Source: Phoronis australis
Lineage: Eukaryota; Animalia; Phoronida
Assembly (NCBI GenBank): GCA_002633005.1
Contig: NMRA01000064.1
Span: 690,360 to 754,359, forward strand
DNA length: 64,000 nt
Direction of reading: 5' to 3'
Position numbers and translations under genes: made by a program. Under the pieces are notes generated by a model that saw nothing but the letters and a program-made list of their open reading frames with translations, did not search any database and was not told the origin of the DNA. Shown piece after piece: positions 13,101-28,100 of this stretch. Positions within the stretch are counted from its first letter, which is position 1. Each line of letters starts with the position of its first letter.

Positions 13101-16100
13101 AAGCCAAGTTTCCAATGCAGAAAATAAACACATGCGAATGAAAATTCTACCTTCCACTTGAGATAAATAGGCAGGCATTTATCCAAGGTCAGGTCCTTAG
13201 TGGTGTTGAAGTCTAGGAAGCTGCTATAATTCTCACTCAGTGATTTAATCGAGTTCTGAAAAACAACAAACAGAAACAAGCTTCACAGATGAACAACCAC
13301 CAAATGAATTAGCAACAAACATGAAGAATCAAACGAGGACGTTGGAAGTACACATTAGGAGCAACATAAGAAGGGGAAACAGCAGTGAAGTGAAATAAAA
13401 TAAAATAAAATAAACAACCATTTAAATGAACATACTCTCAAAGCTTCACTGCGAGCTCCCAGTGGCAGTTTTGCCACTTCTCTGATGAAGTTTTCTAACA
13501 TCTCATGCAGCGTCACACGCGAGTTGTCCCTAGCTTTTATGAGAGTGTCCAACTGACTCTGAAACAACATGTACAATATGAACAAAAAGATCGGACAACA
13601 AAGAGACAGATTTAGGGAGTGCCCATGGGGTCCAAAATAAGAGCAATGAAAAAATATGCTTCCAGGGGTGTTTATTGGTATGACGTCACTAATTTGGTCA
13701 ACTTTGTAAATAGAAAATATATAGACACTGAGGTTGGCCCATAGTGAAATTCATCAAATAAACAGAGAAAAATCCTGAATCCAAACCGGGAATCGAACCG
13801 CAGGTCTCAAGATTGCTGGTCTAGTGCTCTTACCGGTGAGCTACTGAGGACCCGATATCTGTGCAGTTACTGGAAAATCATGCCGAAAACTAAAATGGGT
13901 GACATCTGTGGGACTTAGAAAATCAACGTACAAGCAAAGTTTACGACAGGCTATGTAAGGCCGATTATATGCAACCATAATTTTTTGTTGTATAAAAAAT
14001 GGCAACAGCACACTGTGTTTAGGAGCGCCACAAATGACTTCTTTGGCAATTGTGGCTGCTCCCCTCACCTTTGCGACATCCTAGATCCTCTAGAGGTCTA
14101 TGTACTATCAACAAGCGAATCAAAGCCCTCATTAAATCATGATTAGTATACCATTGATTACGCAATCAACACCAATTAAGCACTATTATCCACACAATAC
14201 CTACAGAATCTCAGGCAATGGAGTACTTCCTGTTGCATTACAATCACTCAATATTACAAGATAATTGTTAGTCATCATCCACTGCAAGAGGTCACTGAAC
14301 CTTTATTGAATAATGTCACAAATTGTGCAAATTACATGAAGTCTTTAGAAAGGAGATGAGAAAATCAGGGTAGAGATTAGTGTCAAATTGAAGTTTAATA
14401 AACTGCATTATCGGCTTTGTCTAGACATGTACGTAAAAATCAAAAATCTTTTTAATCATGTATCAATGTGATAATGTAATCTTTTCAGATGTCATGCAAA
14501 GTGCACGTTCCAAGTTTTATTCGCAAATTATAACCAGTGTAGTCAATGGAACTTTGATGAAGATAATAAACATACTAATAGACTAAGGTTGTCTACCTAT
14601 AAAGTAATTAAATTCAGAAATAGCATCAACTTATCTTGCTCACATCTGCTATTATCATGTGTACACGCTCTTTTACTAACCGCTGATGAACACTGTCGTA
14701 TTTCCTGCTGACAATGATTGTACACACCAAGCGCTTCGTTAACACTAATGACTACACGCAGTGCATCCAGGCGGATACGTGACTCGTCATCATTGGCTAG
14801 GTCAATGGCCGTTTGTATTAGATCTTCTATGTCACTGTCGGTGGGGAAAAGTCGTCTGAAACAGAACACTGGATTATAAGAATCTGTCCTCACACAAGTG
14901 ACAAAACAAGAGCAGATGACTTCGGAGTGAAAAATACCTACATGTTACTGGTTTTGTCTAAAGCAACAGCAAATCCACACTTAGCGCACCATTTCAGCTA
15001 AGGGCAAATTTCATGTTGGACCATAACACCATTACTTTACATAGTGTTAATGAATGGCACCAAAATCATACACCAAATTCTAACCTTTACACAGCGCAAA
15101 AAACATAACTTCCTGTAAAAAACAATATATGCTCGACTTAAACATGTATCATACCTGTACTTCTTAACCTGGGTCACTTTACTGAGAACTCCCTTTAGTT
15201 TGAGGGTAAGATTAAGGTTGTTGTATTCAGCCTGCAAAGTCTGCAACACCACAAGGACATGAGTCAGGCAGGAAGTAGATTTTTGTACATGTGTTCATCT
15301 ATCACATCAGAAGAGTACAAGTAAAGACAAGCAATTTTGTTGAGACTGTTAAGTTACAAACTTCAATCTTGTCAAATTTTGATACCCAAAACATCAAGTT
15401 TCAAACTGGATGACTTACTGCTGTAAACTGGTCTTTCGACCAATCAAAGTTAAATCAATGTTAGAAATAATTTGTGATCATACAAAGCGCTGAAAGACTT
15501 TAACTGCCTACAACAGAACTCAGAATGTTGGCCAGCCTAGGTCACCATATCTACAAGTCGTAAGCAACAGAGGATTGTCAGGAAATCGCAGAATAAACCA
15601 GTTTAAGATTGTAGCCTGGTGACCAGGTGAAAAGCAATTCAGTGCACTGTTGAGGCATTAGACGATTGATATTGAAGGAGAAAGAACATCACCTTAATGT
15701 TACCCGTACTTGGTGATAAGACAATTTTCTTACTATTAACTCTGCATTAGTTACCATTTCCCAGACCTTGTGCAACCATGCATGCAACAGCAGAGGTGAC
15801 ATAGGCAGCCCGGCATATGCTCGTCACCTCAAGGTCCATACTTAGTTCTATTGACCTGACAATGAGTGACACCGACAGTGACTAATGATGAAGTGGACAG
15901 TGTGCTAGTTCAACGGAGAACGTTAACATGGGGCGCAGGTGTTCTGCTGGGCCATTTACACCACTTTGCTCTTGTTACGTTCATAGTATCAGGTCCGGGA
16001 AACAGTTATCAACACTGAACAATACCTGTCAAACAATACATAACTAGTGATTTTCATTTTATGTAAAGGTAACATCAAAATTGATTACTTTCCCGTTTAA

Positions 16101-19100
16101 AGTTATGAGCGAATTTGATATTAATAAATCTGAGCCTTTAGTTAAACATCAACAAAACTATCTGTCTTAGCGACAGAATTCTAGCCCTGGCATGCCAACT
16201 TCGATCTCGAGCTGCAAAGGTTGTGGCAGGCATGCATGGCATTTGTTTGCATTCATCTGTTGTCTTGTTACTAATTGCTATGGAATTTACTGTCACTAAA
16301 AGTTTTTGCAACTCCGACATTTTTTAACCGAATTGCATAAGTCATATCATTAGAAAATCCTTCATCAGTTCTTGATGATTTATTATAATAGGAGAGACAA
16401 AAGATAAATAATTTAGTTCATAAATAATCATAATTTCACATACCTGACAGGTTCATTTTTCAAATTTTATTTTGCAGTATAGGTAAATACTGCAGATAAT
16501 ATTCACTCCTCGGAAATCAAATTAACAAAAAGTATCTGGGCAACAGGTAAACATTCAACAAGCGAATTATTATAGAACATTTGAAAAGAATTAATAATTT
16601 ATGCAAACCCACATGCACATGCACACACACACACTTAGCTATGTAAATACGAGTAGTTTTTCAAAAGTCACGTTAACGCTTCTGCTAGTTGGCGCCTAAA
16701 CTTTTCATTTAATATATAACTACAGAACTAACACTCAGAACCCAAATGTGACATCTTTCTGCAAAATACTGTAACATGATGTTAACACCCAAAAATGTCT
16801 TGTTGAAAACTCCTGGCATGTAGTTTGGTAGGTTGTTGAAAGAGATTCTAAATCTGGAGATGAAAGATATCAGAAGCCACATTTTTCCCGATATCCGTCC
16901 AGGGACATAGGTCCAGTGTGTATAAAGAATGATCTCAATTGTCGGGTTTGTTGACTAATTTTGCTGGGAAATCGCTGGTTGTCTAGAACCGTAGCATAAG
17001 AGTCTCGCTTGATGAAGAAAAATGTCAAAATGAAAACGAAGCAATGGAATTAGGCTTGATTTGATAACTACCACCACTCCATCAAACTCAGTCAAACAGA
17101 CAGCCGTATATTCACAGAGCAAACTTTCGCGGCTAGTCTCGGGTTCGCAAACTCTAATAATAGAATACATAGGTCACGTGTAGGAGCTGGCATTCCAGGG
17201 CTAGAACTATACGATTTTGGCTAAGACAAAAGCCTGAAAACAAAGGAGAGTGCACCTGGAATTTAATTATAGACTTAATTCCTATCACTGAGTAAGTCAT
17301 CCAACTATTTTAGTAAAATCAAAGCAAACCACCGCCACTAAGAACATGACAAAATTTCTACAGCAGTCTCATATATTCTAAAAAATATCTTTTCATTTTT
17401 GTTTTGTACTCATGCTTTACTTTTTCATAAAAAGCATCAAGTTTCCACAGGCATCTGAATCAAAAGCGAAACAAGAAAAATTACTAAAACAGCGTCTCAA
17501 AGAACATTCCAAAATCATAATATCTGGAAGTTTCACTGGAACACAATGAGCCACATGAAAAACATCAAAATATTGCAAAAATCTGGAGGTTCATAAGCAC
17601 AGCACCTTTATTCTTCCCTTAGATGTTGACAAGTCAGTGAGCAGCGAGTGGCGTTCATCTCGTATGCTGCTCAGTTCCTGAGTCAAGTTCATAATCTCAT
17701 TCTGAGCAACTCGCAACTGTTCTTCGAGCTGACTGTCACCTTGGTTCAACTCACGGCCACCGTTGTTCTGCCTGAAGCACATTGAATTATTTACTTTATT
17801 GCAACTATTCTCTACTATTACGATTGTCATTAACAGTACTATTATCGCAAAAATGTCTAGACAGTACCATAACCCATAATATGGCATTATCAATATAGGA
17901 TTACAACGCAGTGGCATGGTTGGATTCACACAGAGTATATATTCCGTAAAAAGTATGTGGCTGGACCTTTTTAACACAATATTTTACTCGCAAGCTCAAC
18001 AAGAGACTGCTGCAACCACAAGGAGTTATATTTTATGAAATTATTAACCAAAAAAACCTGGCATTGCCTTGAAAACATGACATCTGAATGCCAAAACACA
18101 AAGATGTGACAGTCAACAACAAAATGGACAAAACGTTAAAATCAACTAAAATATGCGAATACATTTCAGCAAAAATGTTGAATGCACAAAGATTAGTAAT
18201 CAAAAATATTTTAAAAGAGTTACTGCTTCAAGCCATTACCTAGGGTGAGTCACTAATCGTTGAGGTGAACCGGGGTTAGGAGGCTTGGACAGCGTTGGAC
18301 GATTGGTGGCAAAGTTGAGCTTCAACATCTCGTCGTTAATATTACAGCCATCGACTGAGGCGTCGACGAACAAACAGTGTTCTTGTTCAAACACCACGGC
18401 TATGTCGATAATACCATTGCCAATTACTTTGCGAAAATGCTCAATGCCCTGTGAACAAAACGGAAACTTCTCAGGTACCATACAACAACCAAGAACTTCA
18501 ACAATTTCATGAGTTGCCTGTACTAGATCTTTAAATGCCGGAATTTTCCAAGCTTTATAAACGTATTAAGCAATATATTAGTACTGTGAGGAAAAGCACA
18601 TCCCAAAACTCTACATCTTAAGCTGAAGACAATCCTGAATTGCAGTGACTATTGCTATAGCCTCCATAGACGCACATCGACCAGTTGTAGTTGTCTGTTC
18701 ATGTCACATGGTGTGAATGTACAGAGGATGTTGACTTAAGAATGCCTTCTTAGTGAAATATTGCAATATAGTATGAGGTTTGTCTATCATGTATGTGACC
18801 TCTCATATGATAATTGAATGATATTTCATCATGGTGCTCCTTCAAACAATTGACTTAGCTAAGACAAATCTTAAATTTAAGTCAATTTTAAGATAAAAAT
18901 TAAATTTGTCTCAAGTCCCTTCCAAGAAAGTAATCTTACAAAAAATAATTGCAGGTGATGTGATACACGTTGTACTTGACGTGCGCAGGCAGTCTGGTAC
19001 ATGTTGTAACAGACGAGCGCAAGCCTTAAACGAAAGGTAGACAGGGATTGCTTTCAAACGACTGACTCCACGTCAGATAAACAACAGACCACTCCAAATC

Positions 19101-22100
19101 TCTGACAATGGAAATAAACTCACTTACCGCCTTGAAGTCAACACTTGAACTATTGGAGCTCGCCGGCTTCATGCCATACAGAACGCAGTGTTGAGCGAAC
19201 CCCTGCTGTTTGGCTAAGAGTTCTGTGTGTAGCTCTACTAGTTCACAGTCATCCTTCACTTCATTGTTACCATAGTCAATGAACTTGACTTTCACCTGAA
19301 CACATACAGCAAACAAAATGTAGACAATGCACTCAACACAGCAGCAACAGCAACAGAACAAGAGAATGCCAACAACGCAAATGGATCATCTATAATTATA
19401 AGCATTTTAATAAAAAGTTAACAAAATATAGCCTTTTTGGCAGGTCGCTTGCCCCACAAAGACTATTTCCAAAAATGTCCATTTTTCTCTGCCCTACAGA
19501 TGATTCTCGATGATTTAATAAAAACCATTAAGCACACCACCAGTTGCCACACCCAACCCCCTCCCAACGAACACTTTGTTACTTAAACTGTACAGAACAG
19601 ATATCAAAAAGTTAAGACTTTAGAATGAACTACATCTAAAATGCTATATCAATGCAACAGCTCAAGTGAATTCTCAGGCACTAGCACAACTAAAACTTTG
19701 TCTAAAAAGGTCAAATGACACCCCTCCCCCCTTGGTTGGACTCTTCCAAGATTAAGACATGAATGAGTATGAACCTTTGGAACAACATTAGACTACGGAC
19801 CTTTGTTTCAGAGACATACTCTAGAGGAACACACCGGTACCACATGCCATCCTCAGAGAAAGGTGTGCCGTAGATCTGAAATGAAAGAAAGCTTAATAAG
19901 TTCCAAGAAGAATTTACCATACTGACTGTAACATAATGGGGTTGCAACAACTCGATGTTTATTGCAAACACAGTAAAGCAACTGAACAAAAAAGGAATAC
20001 AAAATAACCACTGAAAATGTAATTTTGGGTCGCGTTAAAATTACTCTGAAAATGGGCACTGATCCTATAACACTATTGCAAAAGTACGAGAGATCTCTGC
20101 TCTTCAAAACCATTTGCAGTTCATAACGTGAGGGTAAAAACATTTAGAAATAAAAGTATCCTTAAAGCTCATGCCTTGTTCAGTAATGGCCGTCCCTTCA
20201 CAGACTGTGAGCTTGGACCAACAGACAACATCAGTTCAGAGAGCTCCATAATTCTCTCCCCTAGATGGAGCTGTTGAGTGTAGAAACTGCATGGTGTGTC
20301 TACGTAGGTCACAAACACTTTCTCCTGCAAATCAGTGAAGATGGCTCCTAAAGTCCACAGCCAATGTAAATTTGGAATAAGAACAATCAAATATAACATG
20401 CTTGAAAACATTACGGTGGTATAATTTGGAGTAACAATCAAATTACTTGGAGAAAAATCGAACAAATTAATTTCAAAATTTCATATACCAAATTTACTCT
20501 CACAACAGGAAACGACTTAACATCGACTTCTTAATCAAATTTTACTTCATTCAAACCATGTTGTTGTGTGATATATGTATGATGTGTGCACTTAAGGCAT
20601 CGTTTGTGTTTTTGTAAACAAACTGCTGTTTAGACAACAGCCTTGAGACATGTAGTACACTAGGCAGTCACCAGGAGGCGTAAACTACAATTTACATGTT
20701 CAAGCAAATTAGAGGTAGACTGGCAGACTGATACTAAAAAGATAAATAAGTCTTGTTTAAAGCCTAATTTCAACGGAATTTTGTTATTTTAGATGTATTG
20801 GGCTAACCAGATAGTCCTAGCAAAGCGTTAGTAAAATAAGAAAAAAGGAGTTAATCACGCAAATGGAAGCCCGTCAAATGATAAGTGAAGCTGCCTTTTC
20901 GTGCCAAGTCACCGCGAGATGCCAGCACAAACAAAAAAGGTTGTACTGAATAGGGGACAGAATAGAACACCATTGCGTCCAGGTGTTATTCGAAGCTGTT
21001 TGACATAAAAGGCGATTCTCGTGGTGACGGAGACAAAAGCAAGCCAATACGCCTAACAGCTTGTTACATTTGGCAATTTATGGCACTAGTGGGCTTAGAG
21101 CGATGTTCTTAACATAATGTATGAACCAAATTTACAGGTGTTACCGCTGAAGATAGGCTTTAAGACATATACATTTGACAGTACATTGATTACAAAGTAA
21201 CTTATTAACAGAGGATGTATTACACAAGGGTCAAGTTACAATGCTGTCCTTTCAGTTACAGCACAATACACATTACACATGAAAATGTTTACAATGTGAG
21301 CTGAGGCAGGAGACCTTACTCCACAGTCTAGCAGTGTGGTCCAATCGGATTTCAACCCACAGCAGCGAACTCAAACACTAGCGCCCCCCTTGCCTCCACT
21401 AACTTATTTTGGATGCTACAATTAGACATACAAAAACACACTTACTTTTCTGATGGGTGTTGGCTGTGAACTGTTCTCATAAGATACACTTGCTGAAAGA
21501 CAAAATGGAGAGACTAACAATAACTCTTACCACACATTTTGGGAGAGAAGTGAAAATTTCTCAGCAGAAATAGATCAAGAGAAGTTGAGTCTATTGTTAC
21601 CATGGCACGCAGATGTCAAGAAACAATGTTTGGCTAAGTTTCCATTACTTGCAGCACCGTAATCAGCTTTTGAAACTGATAACGTTGGTATTTTTAAGCA
21701 CAGCAAGTATGTGGATGAGAAATGGATACATTGAATGCATACAGCTCAAACACGCTTCCATGGCAACTGATGGAACTGGAAGAAGAAATAATTCAAGTTC
21801 TGAAATAAGACAAGTTACAACTCTTAGACCTCAGTTTTATTTTATGGATATTGAACCACCTCAAAAATTAGCGATCTGAACTTTACTTTATTTTCATGTT
21901 TGGGATCCAAAAACCTATGTAATGCAACTTTAAACCATGGAGTTGACAGAATTCCATTAACCAGACTGGGACTTACAACCAAGTGTGATTACTCACTACA
22001 AATCAGCGGTGCCACTAACGACATATCACAAGTAGTGCTTAGGGGGCAGCACATACTATTGACCAGGGGTAGCACTTACCACAGACCAGGGGTAGCACTC

Positions 22101-25100
22101 TCCATGATCAGAGGTAGCACTTGCAACATATCACAGGCGGTACTTACTACTGACCAGCGGTAGCCCTTGCCACAGACCAGGGGTAACACTTATCATTGAT
22201 TATGCAACATGGAAGTTAATAAATTGTGGAGTTCATATTTGAAAGAGCTCAATAACATATGTTAGAAGTCAACTGTGAATGATAAAATGTGAACGCACAA
22301 AAATTATATTCCCAGCCTGGAGTAACTCACCTTCAGATTTAATAGGCCTGGCATCCCCACCTGGGCCACCTTTAATCTTCAGGCTACAAAAATTGTAGAA
22401 AAGGTAAAATTTAAAAGCTTCAAGCTTCAAGATTCAAGGAAACTAAACTTTCGTCCCTGTGCCCACAAAGACTTTTCCAAAAAATGTGATCTAGACTGGC
22501 AATTGAAAACAGTTCCTTAAATTGATTTCTTTTCTCTCGCAGCAGTATTCCTTTCCATGAACAGATATTCTTTGCTTGAGGATCACTTTTCACTAAAGGA
22601 AACACCATTACAAAATCTCACACAAGATTGGCAACTGATTTCCAAGTGCCCTCCATTTTGGGGCCGAACATCAGCTCCACTACCCTCTGAAAAATATTTA
22701 TTCCCTCATTGGGCCTAACATTCTACTCCAATGATCAAAAGAAATTTCTGACAGACCCCTGGCTTTAGGTTTTATTAACTGTAAAAATTCCACTTCAGTC
22801 ATGCTTTCCAGAGTTTACAGTGTTGGTGAGAACAAAATCTGGATTAAATGAATACAACTGCAGGGAGCAATCACAAAGTCTTGAGTAAAGAATTCACTGG
22901 AACTACTGGGTTCAGTAGCTGGCACCCCTACTACTTAGACTAGTCCAAGAAAAAGTCACACCTGCTGTATGTAATGCAATGCCCCGAAACGAATACAAAA
23001 TCTTAGGTTTGGCTACTTGAGGCAGCGGGTGGACGTGATGACTGTGGGTTTCCCTCACCTCAGTGAGAAGCCAGTTTCCATTGCGTCTGAACAGTTAGTG
23101 GTTCAGGAGAAACTTATCAGACCTCAAAGGGAGGGAACTGTGCTTGCTGGTCAAAAATAGTGTTTGGAAAGTTTGAGTGGTGTGTGGAACCCCCCATCTA
23201 AGCCCATGATGTTGTTGCATGATAATTTACACTACATGAAGAACATACACATAATACAGGTAAAATAGGCAAACATTGTACATCAAGCAAAAGAAAAAAA
23301 GGAGACGCAGACGTTCAACTTCATCACTTATTGAAAGAATAAACTAAAAAAATCTGAATTTGAACGACATCCATACAGCACCAGTTAAAAAATCCGGTAC
23401 CTCTTTCTGTGCTCATCCCTAGTTTTGTCGGGGTAAAATACTTTTAAAGTATAAGACCCCACTTGGAAGCCGTGCATGTCACTTACAGCCTTGTCACTAT
23501 CGTAGTCATAAAGAAAACGGACGAATCTGCAAAGGGGAAACATCATTGTTGAATACAGCTCTATCCAAGCAGACAAAATGTTGAACTTTGTCAAACTTAC
23601 GGTGAAGATGTTACAGTAAATGAGATAAAACTACTGTAGTAGTTGTAAATCGCTTGAAAATGAGCCTTTATTCATTGAAATTACGCCAATGTGTTTCCGC
23701 GGCAATAACAAAATGTCATTGCTTGTCAAGAATAGAAATCGGGTATAATTTGAGTAACAAAATAAGACGAGAGACCCGTTTTCTTTACGGCAAGAGGCCC
23801 AAATCAAAAGGTCATTTATGACAGCAATCATGCTTGTATAATACCTTTTATTGGTGAAAATGTACAACTGAATAATTAAATTTTTATTTTCCAATATATG
23901 ATCCTTATTTGTGACGTTCAGAGTTTTCATCTTACAATTCTCGTAATTATATTCTGAACTATTTTGTTTGCAATCAAACTGATTAGTGACAACCACATAC
24001 GCTCGTTTGGTGCCCCTGTACTTTCCACTGCCATCTTGTACAGTTATGTTAGATATAGGCCCAAAGCTGGAGAACAGGCTCTTGACAGACTCCTGCAAAA
24101 ACAAGACACAGGCAGATATGAAAGGCAGAACTGAATCAATAGGATTCAACTGAAAAGACACCGAGACACAAACGTTTTGCATTGTGTGACTTGTTAAAGC
24201 GTTACATTTCTTCTTTGAAGAGCTATTAATATCATGTTGATACAAAATGTACTAAAAAGATTTGAAATACATGACAGGGCAAGCCATACACGTTAAATTG
24301 ACCATAACACCTTCAAAAAACATTCTCCTTTAGCGTCCGATGTTGAGGAAATGCCCAACTCGCAATTGGCGACTTGGGTAAAATCTCAGGTCGCCTTTCC
24401 GATTTGAGGTCGCCAAATTTTAGTACCACGGATGTCCGATAGGTGCCCCTTACAATGTGACTCACTGTGATGCTATGCTGCCACCTGGCGGTGGACCAGG
24501 TCAAGTAGGTCACAAACAAAAACAAGAGCAACGCGGAGCATTGAAATGTGCCCATGAATGCATCGCAAATGGTGTGCCTTTGAGGTTACTTAGTCCTTGT
24601 GTCACAAAATGGCACTAGGTGGCGCAAAAACATACAATCCATCCGAAAATGGGAACATGTCATTGCTTCCTTAATAGAAAGCTATACACCAAATTTCATA
24701 GAAATTGGTCACGGAACTGCAGAGGAATAAAGGAAAACAGAATAAAATGAAATTGCCACCAGGGGGCACAGTGTTCATTAGATCCGCCTGAAAGTAGTCA
24801 TTGTCTGCTGTTAGCTTACTATACATACACTTACAAAATTTAATAAAGATCCTGCAGCGGGTTAAGGAGATACAGCTATGGGCGCAAAACAAAACAAAAC
24901 AAAACTACCATTAGGAGGCGCCAGAGTAGTCAGTCGTCATCATCAACTGTCCTCTTCACACTGAGAACATATGGTGGCACTGAATAGTTAGGCTGCGGCC
25001 GCGGCCAATTTGCACTCCCAAAATATAGAAATTTTGGGGTAGGCCAAGTTTGGGGGCATTTTGTAGGTGGGCATTGCACGTAGGCTCAGTGAATGTGGTT

Positions 25101-28100
25101 TGTTTGTATTTGTGAACATGCTGTGAATAAAAAAAGGCCACTTTCTTGGCTGTAGCTGCACTCTTCTTCAAGATGGCGGCCCCCNNNNNNNNNNNNNNNN
25201 NNNNNNNNNNNNNNNNNNNNNNNNNNNNNNNNNNNNNNNNNNNNNNNNNNNNNNNNNNNNNNNNNNNNNNNNNNNNNNNNNNNNNNNNNNNNNNNNNNNN
25301 NNNNNNNNNNNNNNNNNNNNNNNNNNNNNNNNNNNNNNNNNNNNNNNNNNNNNNNNNNNNNNNNNNNNNNNNNNNNNNNNNNNNNNNNNNNNNNNNNNNN
25401 NNNNNNNNNNNNNNNNNNNNNNNNNNNNNNNNNNNNNNNNNNNNNNNNNNNNNNNNNNNNNNNNNNNNNNNNNNNNNNNNNNNNNNNNNNNNNNNNNNNN
25501 NNNNNNNNNNNNNNNNNNNNNNNNNNNNNNNNNNNNNNNNNNNNNNNNNNNNNNNNNNNNNNNNNNNNNNNNNNNNNNNNNNNNNNNNNNNNNNNNNNNN
25601 NNNNNNNNNNNNNNNNNNNNNNNNNNNNNNNNNNNNNNNNNNNNNNNNNNNNNNNNNNNNNNNNNNNNNNNNNNNNNNNNNNNNNNNNNNNNNNNNNNNN
25701 NNNNNNNNNNNNNNNNNNNNNNNNNNNNNNNNNNNNNNNNNNNNNNNNNNNNNNNNNNNNNNNNNNNNNNNNNNNNNNNNNNNNNNNNNNNNNNNNNNNN
25801 NNNNNNNNNNNNNNNNNNNNNNNNNNNNNNNNNNNNNNNNNNNNNNNNNNNNNNNNNNNNNNNNNNNNNNNNNNNNNNNNNNNNNNNNNNNNNNNNNNNN
25901 NNNNNNNNNNNNNNNNNNNNNNNNAAAGCTAACGGACCGGCGGGGGCGCATGCAAAATCTGGTAGTCACCCGACACTCCCATTGTTCGTTGCAGACGTTT
26001 AAGTGGAAAACAATCAAATAAACGTCATTTGGTAGCATAATTTGCCTCCTTTTTACAAAGAAGTGTGTCGTCCGTTTCAAAAACAGCACGCTCGTGACAC
26101 GGCGCACGCGCCATTTCATAAAAATTTGAGACGTCTTTCGGGACATGATGACAGCTTTGCAGCACCAAGGTTGTTCTAAAATTCGGTTTGCTGGTGTAAA
26201 AATACTAAAAACTTGAAACTAAATGAAACAAGTTCCGATAATTTGTTATAACATGTACGCAACCTAGGTACCGTCAGCGACGAACACTTGATAAAAGAAT
26301 CAGGGGGAAAAGAAACTGGTAAAGGTCAGGTGACGTAATCGCAAAAAGCCGTCTCAAGAGAACACATCGGCAATTTTACTAGCAGCAGCCAATGAACGAT
26401 CGCTAACATTTCCAACACGTACCGATAAATACAGAAGTTAGTTTACGCTAGGAACCTGGTTCCTAAGTTTACTCAAGGATGACTTAGTTTTAATGACATT
26501 TATTTGAGTCAGATTTTATTTGTACATTTTTGCCCATATCGGCTTAAACCTGTAGGCCTATATCTAGTATACACTGAGCTTTGGGCCAAGGCTTGGGTAA
26601 CCCGGCGATGGTAAGCGATGACCATCCCTTTAGAAGACGCCTTTTTCGAAGAGTTTGAGCAACCAGGTGCCATACAGAAAGGCATAGCGAACCTTTTACA
26701 GCACTGTGGCAAACAATAAAAAAGGACGATTGATACAATGATAAATTACGATGTAAACTCTTCAAATATGACATAAGCAATGAATGTGCAAAGCAGCCGA
26801 TACCCCGCCGTTCACGTCACTGACACATCAGCCAATCAGCGATCGCTTTCAGAATTCAGTGTTTTGATCATGAATACGAATTGGCTTTTATTTGGCACGC
26901 AAGTCTGGCAAATGTGAGTTTTATTTGTATGTTAGAACCGATTAACTACAACATTATTTTGACTACAGTCCCCTTTTAAAAAATGGGGGGCTGGAATTTT
27001 TGGGAATGTCTATCTTTTACTATAAGATTCACTGGGTATGTTCAGAGTTATGAATTGCAGACGCTAAATTTTGGTTCTTCCCGTCTTCTAGTGGAATATA
27101 TCGTCTCGTTTTCTACTTTTTTCGCAGTTCGTGCTTCTCTGACTGAGGCAGACCTTTTTCCATTTCTCCAAATAGGGGCTCGTTCGAGCACATAAGTATG
27201 ACAAGTCCAATACAAAATGTTATCATTTTTTATTCATTAAGCCAAAATGATTCAACCTTTTAACATAATAAGTAACTTAAAATGCCAATACTTTACAACC
27301 TTTAGCATTACAAACACTATTCAACAGCAAAAGTTTCCACAATATGAAAGTGGACAAACATGTAACTATTATCATGGTGACTGAATAGTGTTTCCTTACA
27401 CCAGAATTTGACAAGCATAAATTAAGAAGCAATAAGTTACGAAACATGACTTGAAAGCAATTGAGAATTAAAATTTAAAAAAAATATGAATCATTTTGTG
27501 ACACCTAATCAAGCCTTGAACAGCAGTTGATAGTCAAACAAAAACATTGCAAAATTATTTCAACTATTTCTTAGCTTAGTGTAAGATCACCTGAATGGGA
27601 AATTCACAATAAAATAATTCGAATTATCTTATATTATTGCACAAAAAACATGAAAATTGAACAAAGTTCCTTTCTTGTAGCAAAGTTTGTCAAAATGTAT
27701 CAACGTTCAATCTTCACAAATTACAAAGTAACAGGTTGAACATGCCTTCCAGTTCAGCAAAAGTCGCCATGGTGTCGGTGCCGCCAGAAATGAGACGAAG
27801 TCCAAGGGAAATTGTGAGCACATTTATCACTTAATGAGTAACAACTGCGAGACTGAAATTTGGTGAACACCGTTGAATCGTGCAGAATAGTAAGTAAAGA
27901 TATGTCTCACTAAATTTCACCGTAAATTGTTGGCGAAAACAATTTACACAAAGTTTTAAACTCGTAACTTATACCGCTGTCCTCCAATATGGCCGACGCG
28001 ATCCAAACAAAGTGACCCAAATTTCGCCACAAAAATTGCAATAACTTAACAGTGCTTGCCCCGATTTTGATACTTTTTTGATTTTTACTGAGTAAGATGC

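Noticed and set aside
13776-13853. Functional tRNA gene
   Set aside because: Acceptor and anticodon stems pair poorly; more consistent with a SINE head
21320-21400. Possible extra STK31 exon before a gtaagg donor
   Set aside because: In-frame stop upstream and no convincing acceptor; the frame is already complete without it
24956-26146. 396-aa and 291-aa ORFs
   Set aside because: Almost entirely X from the N gap
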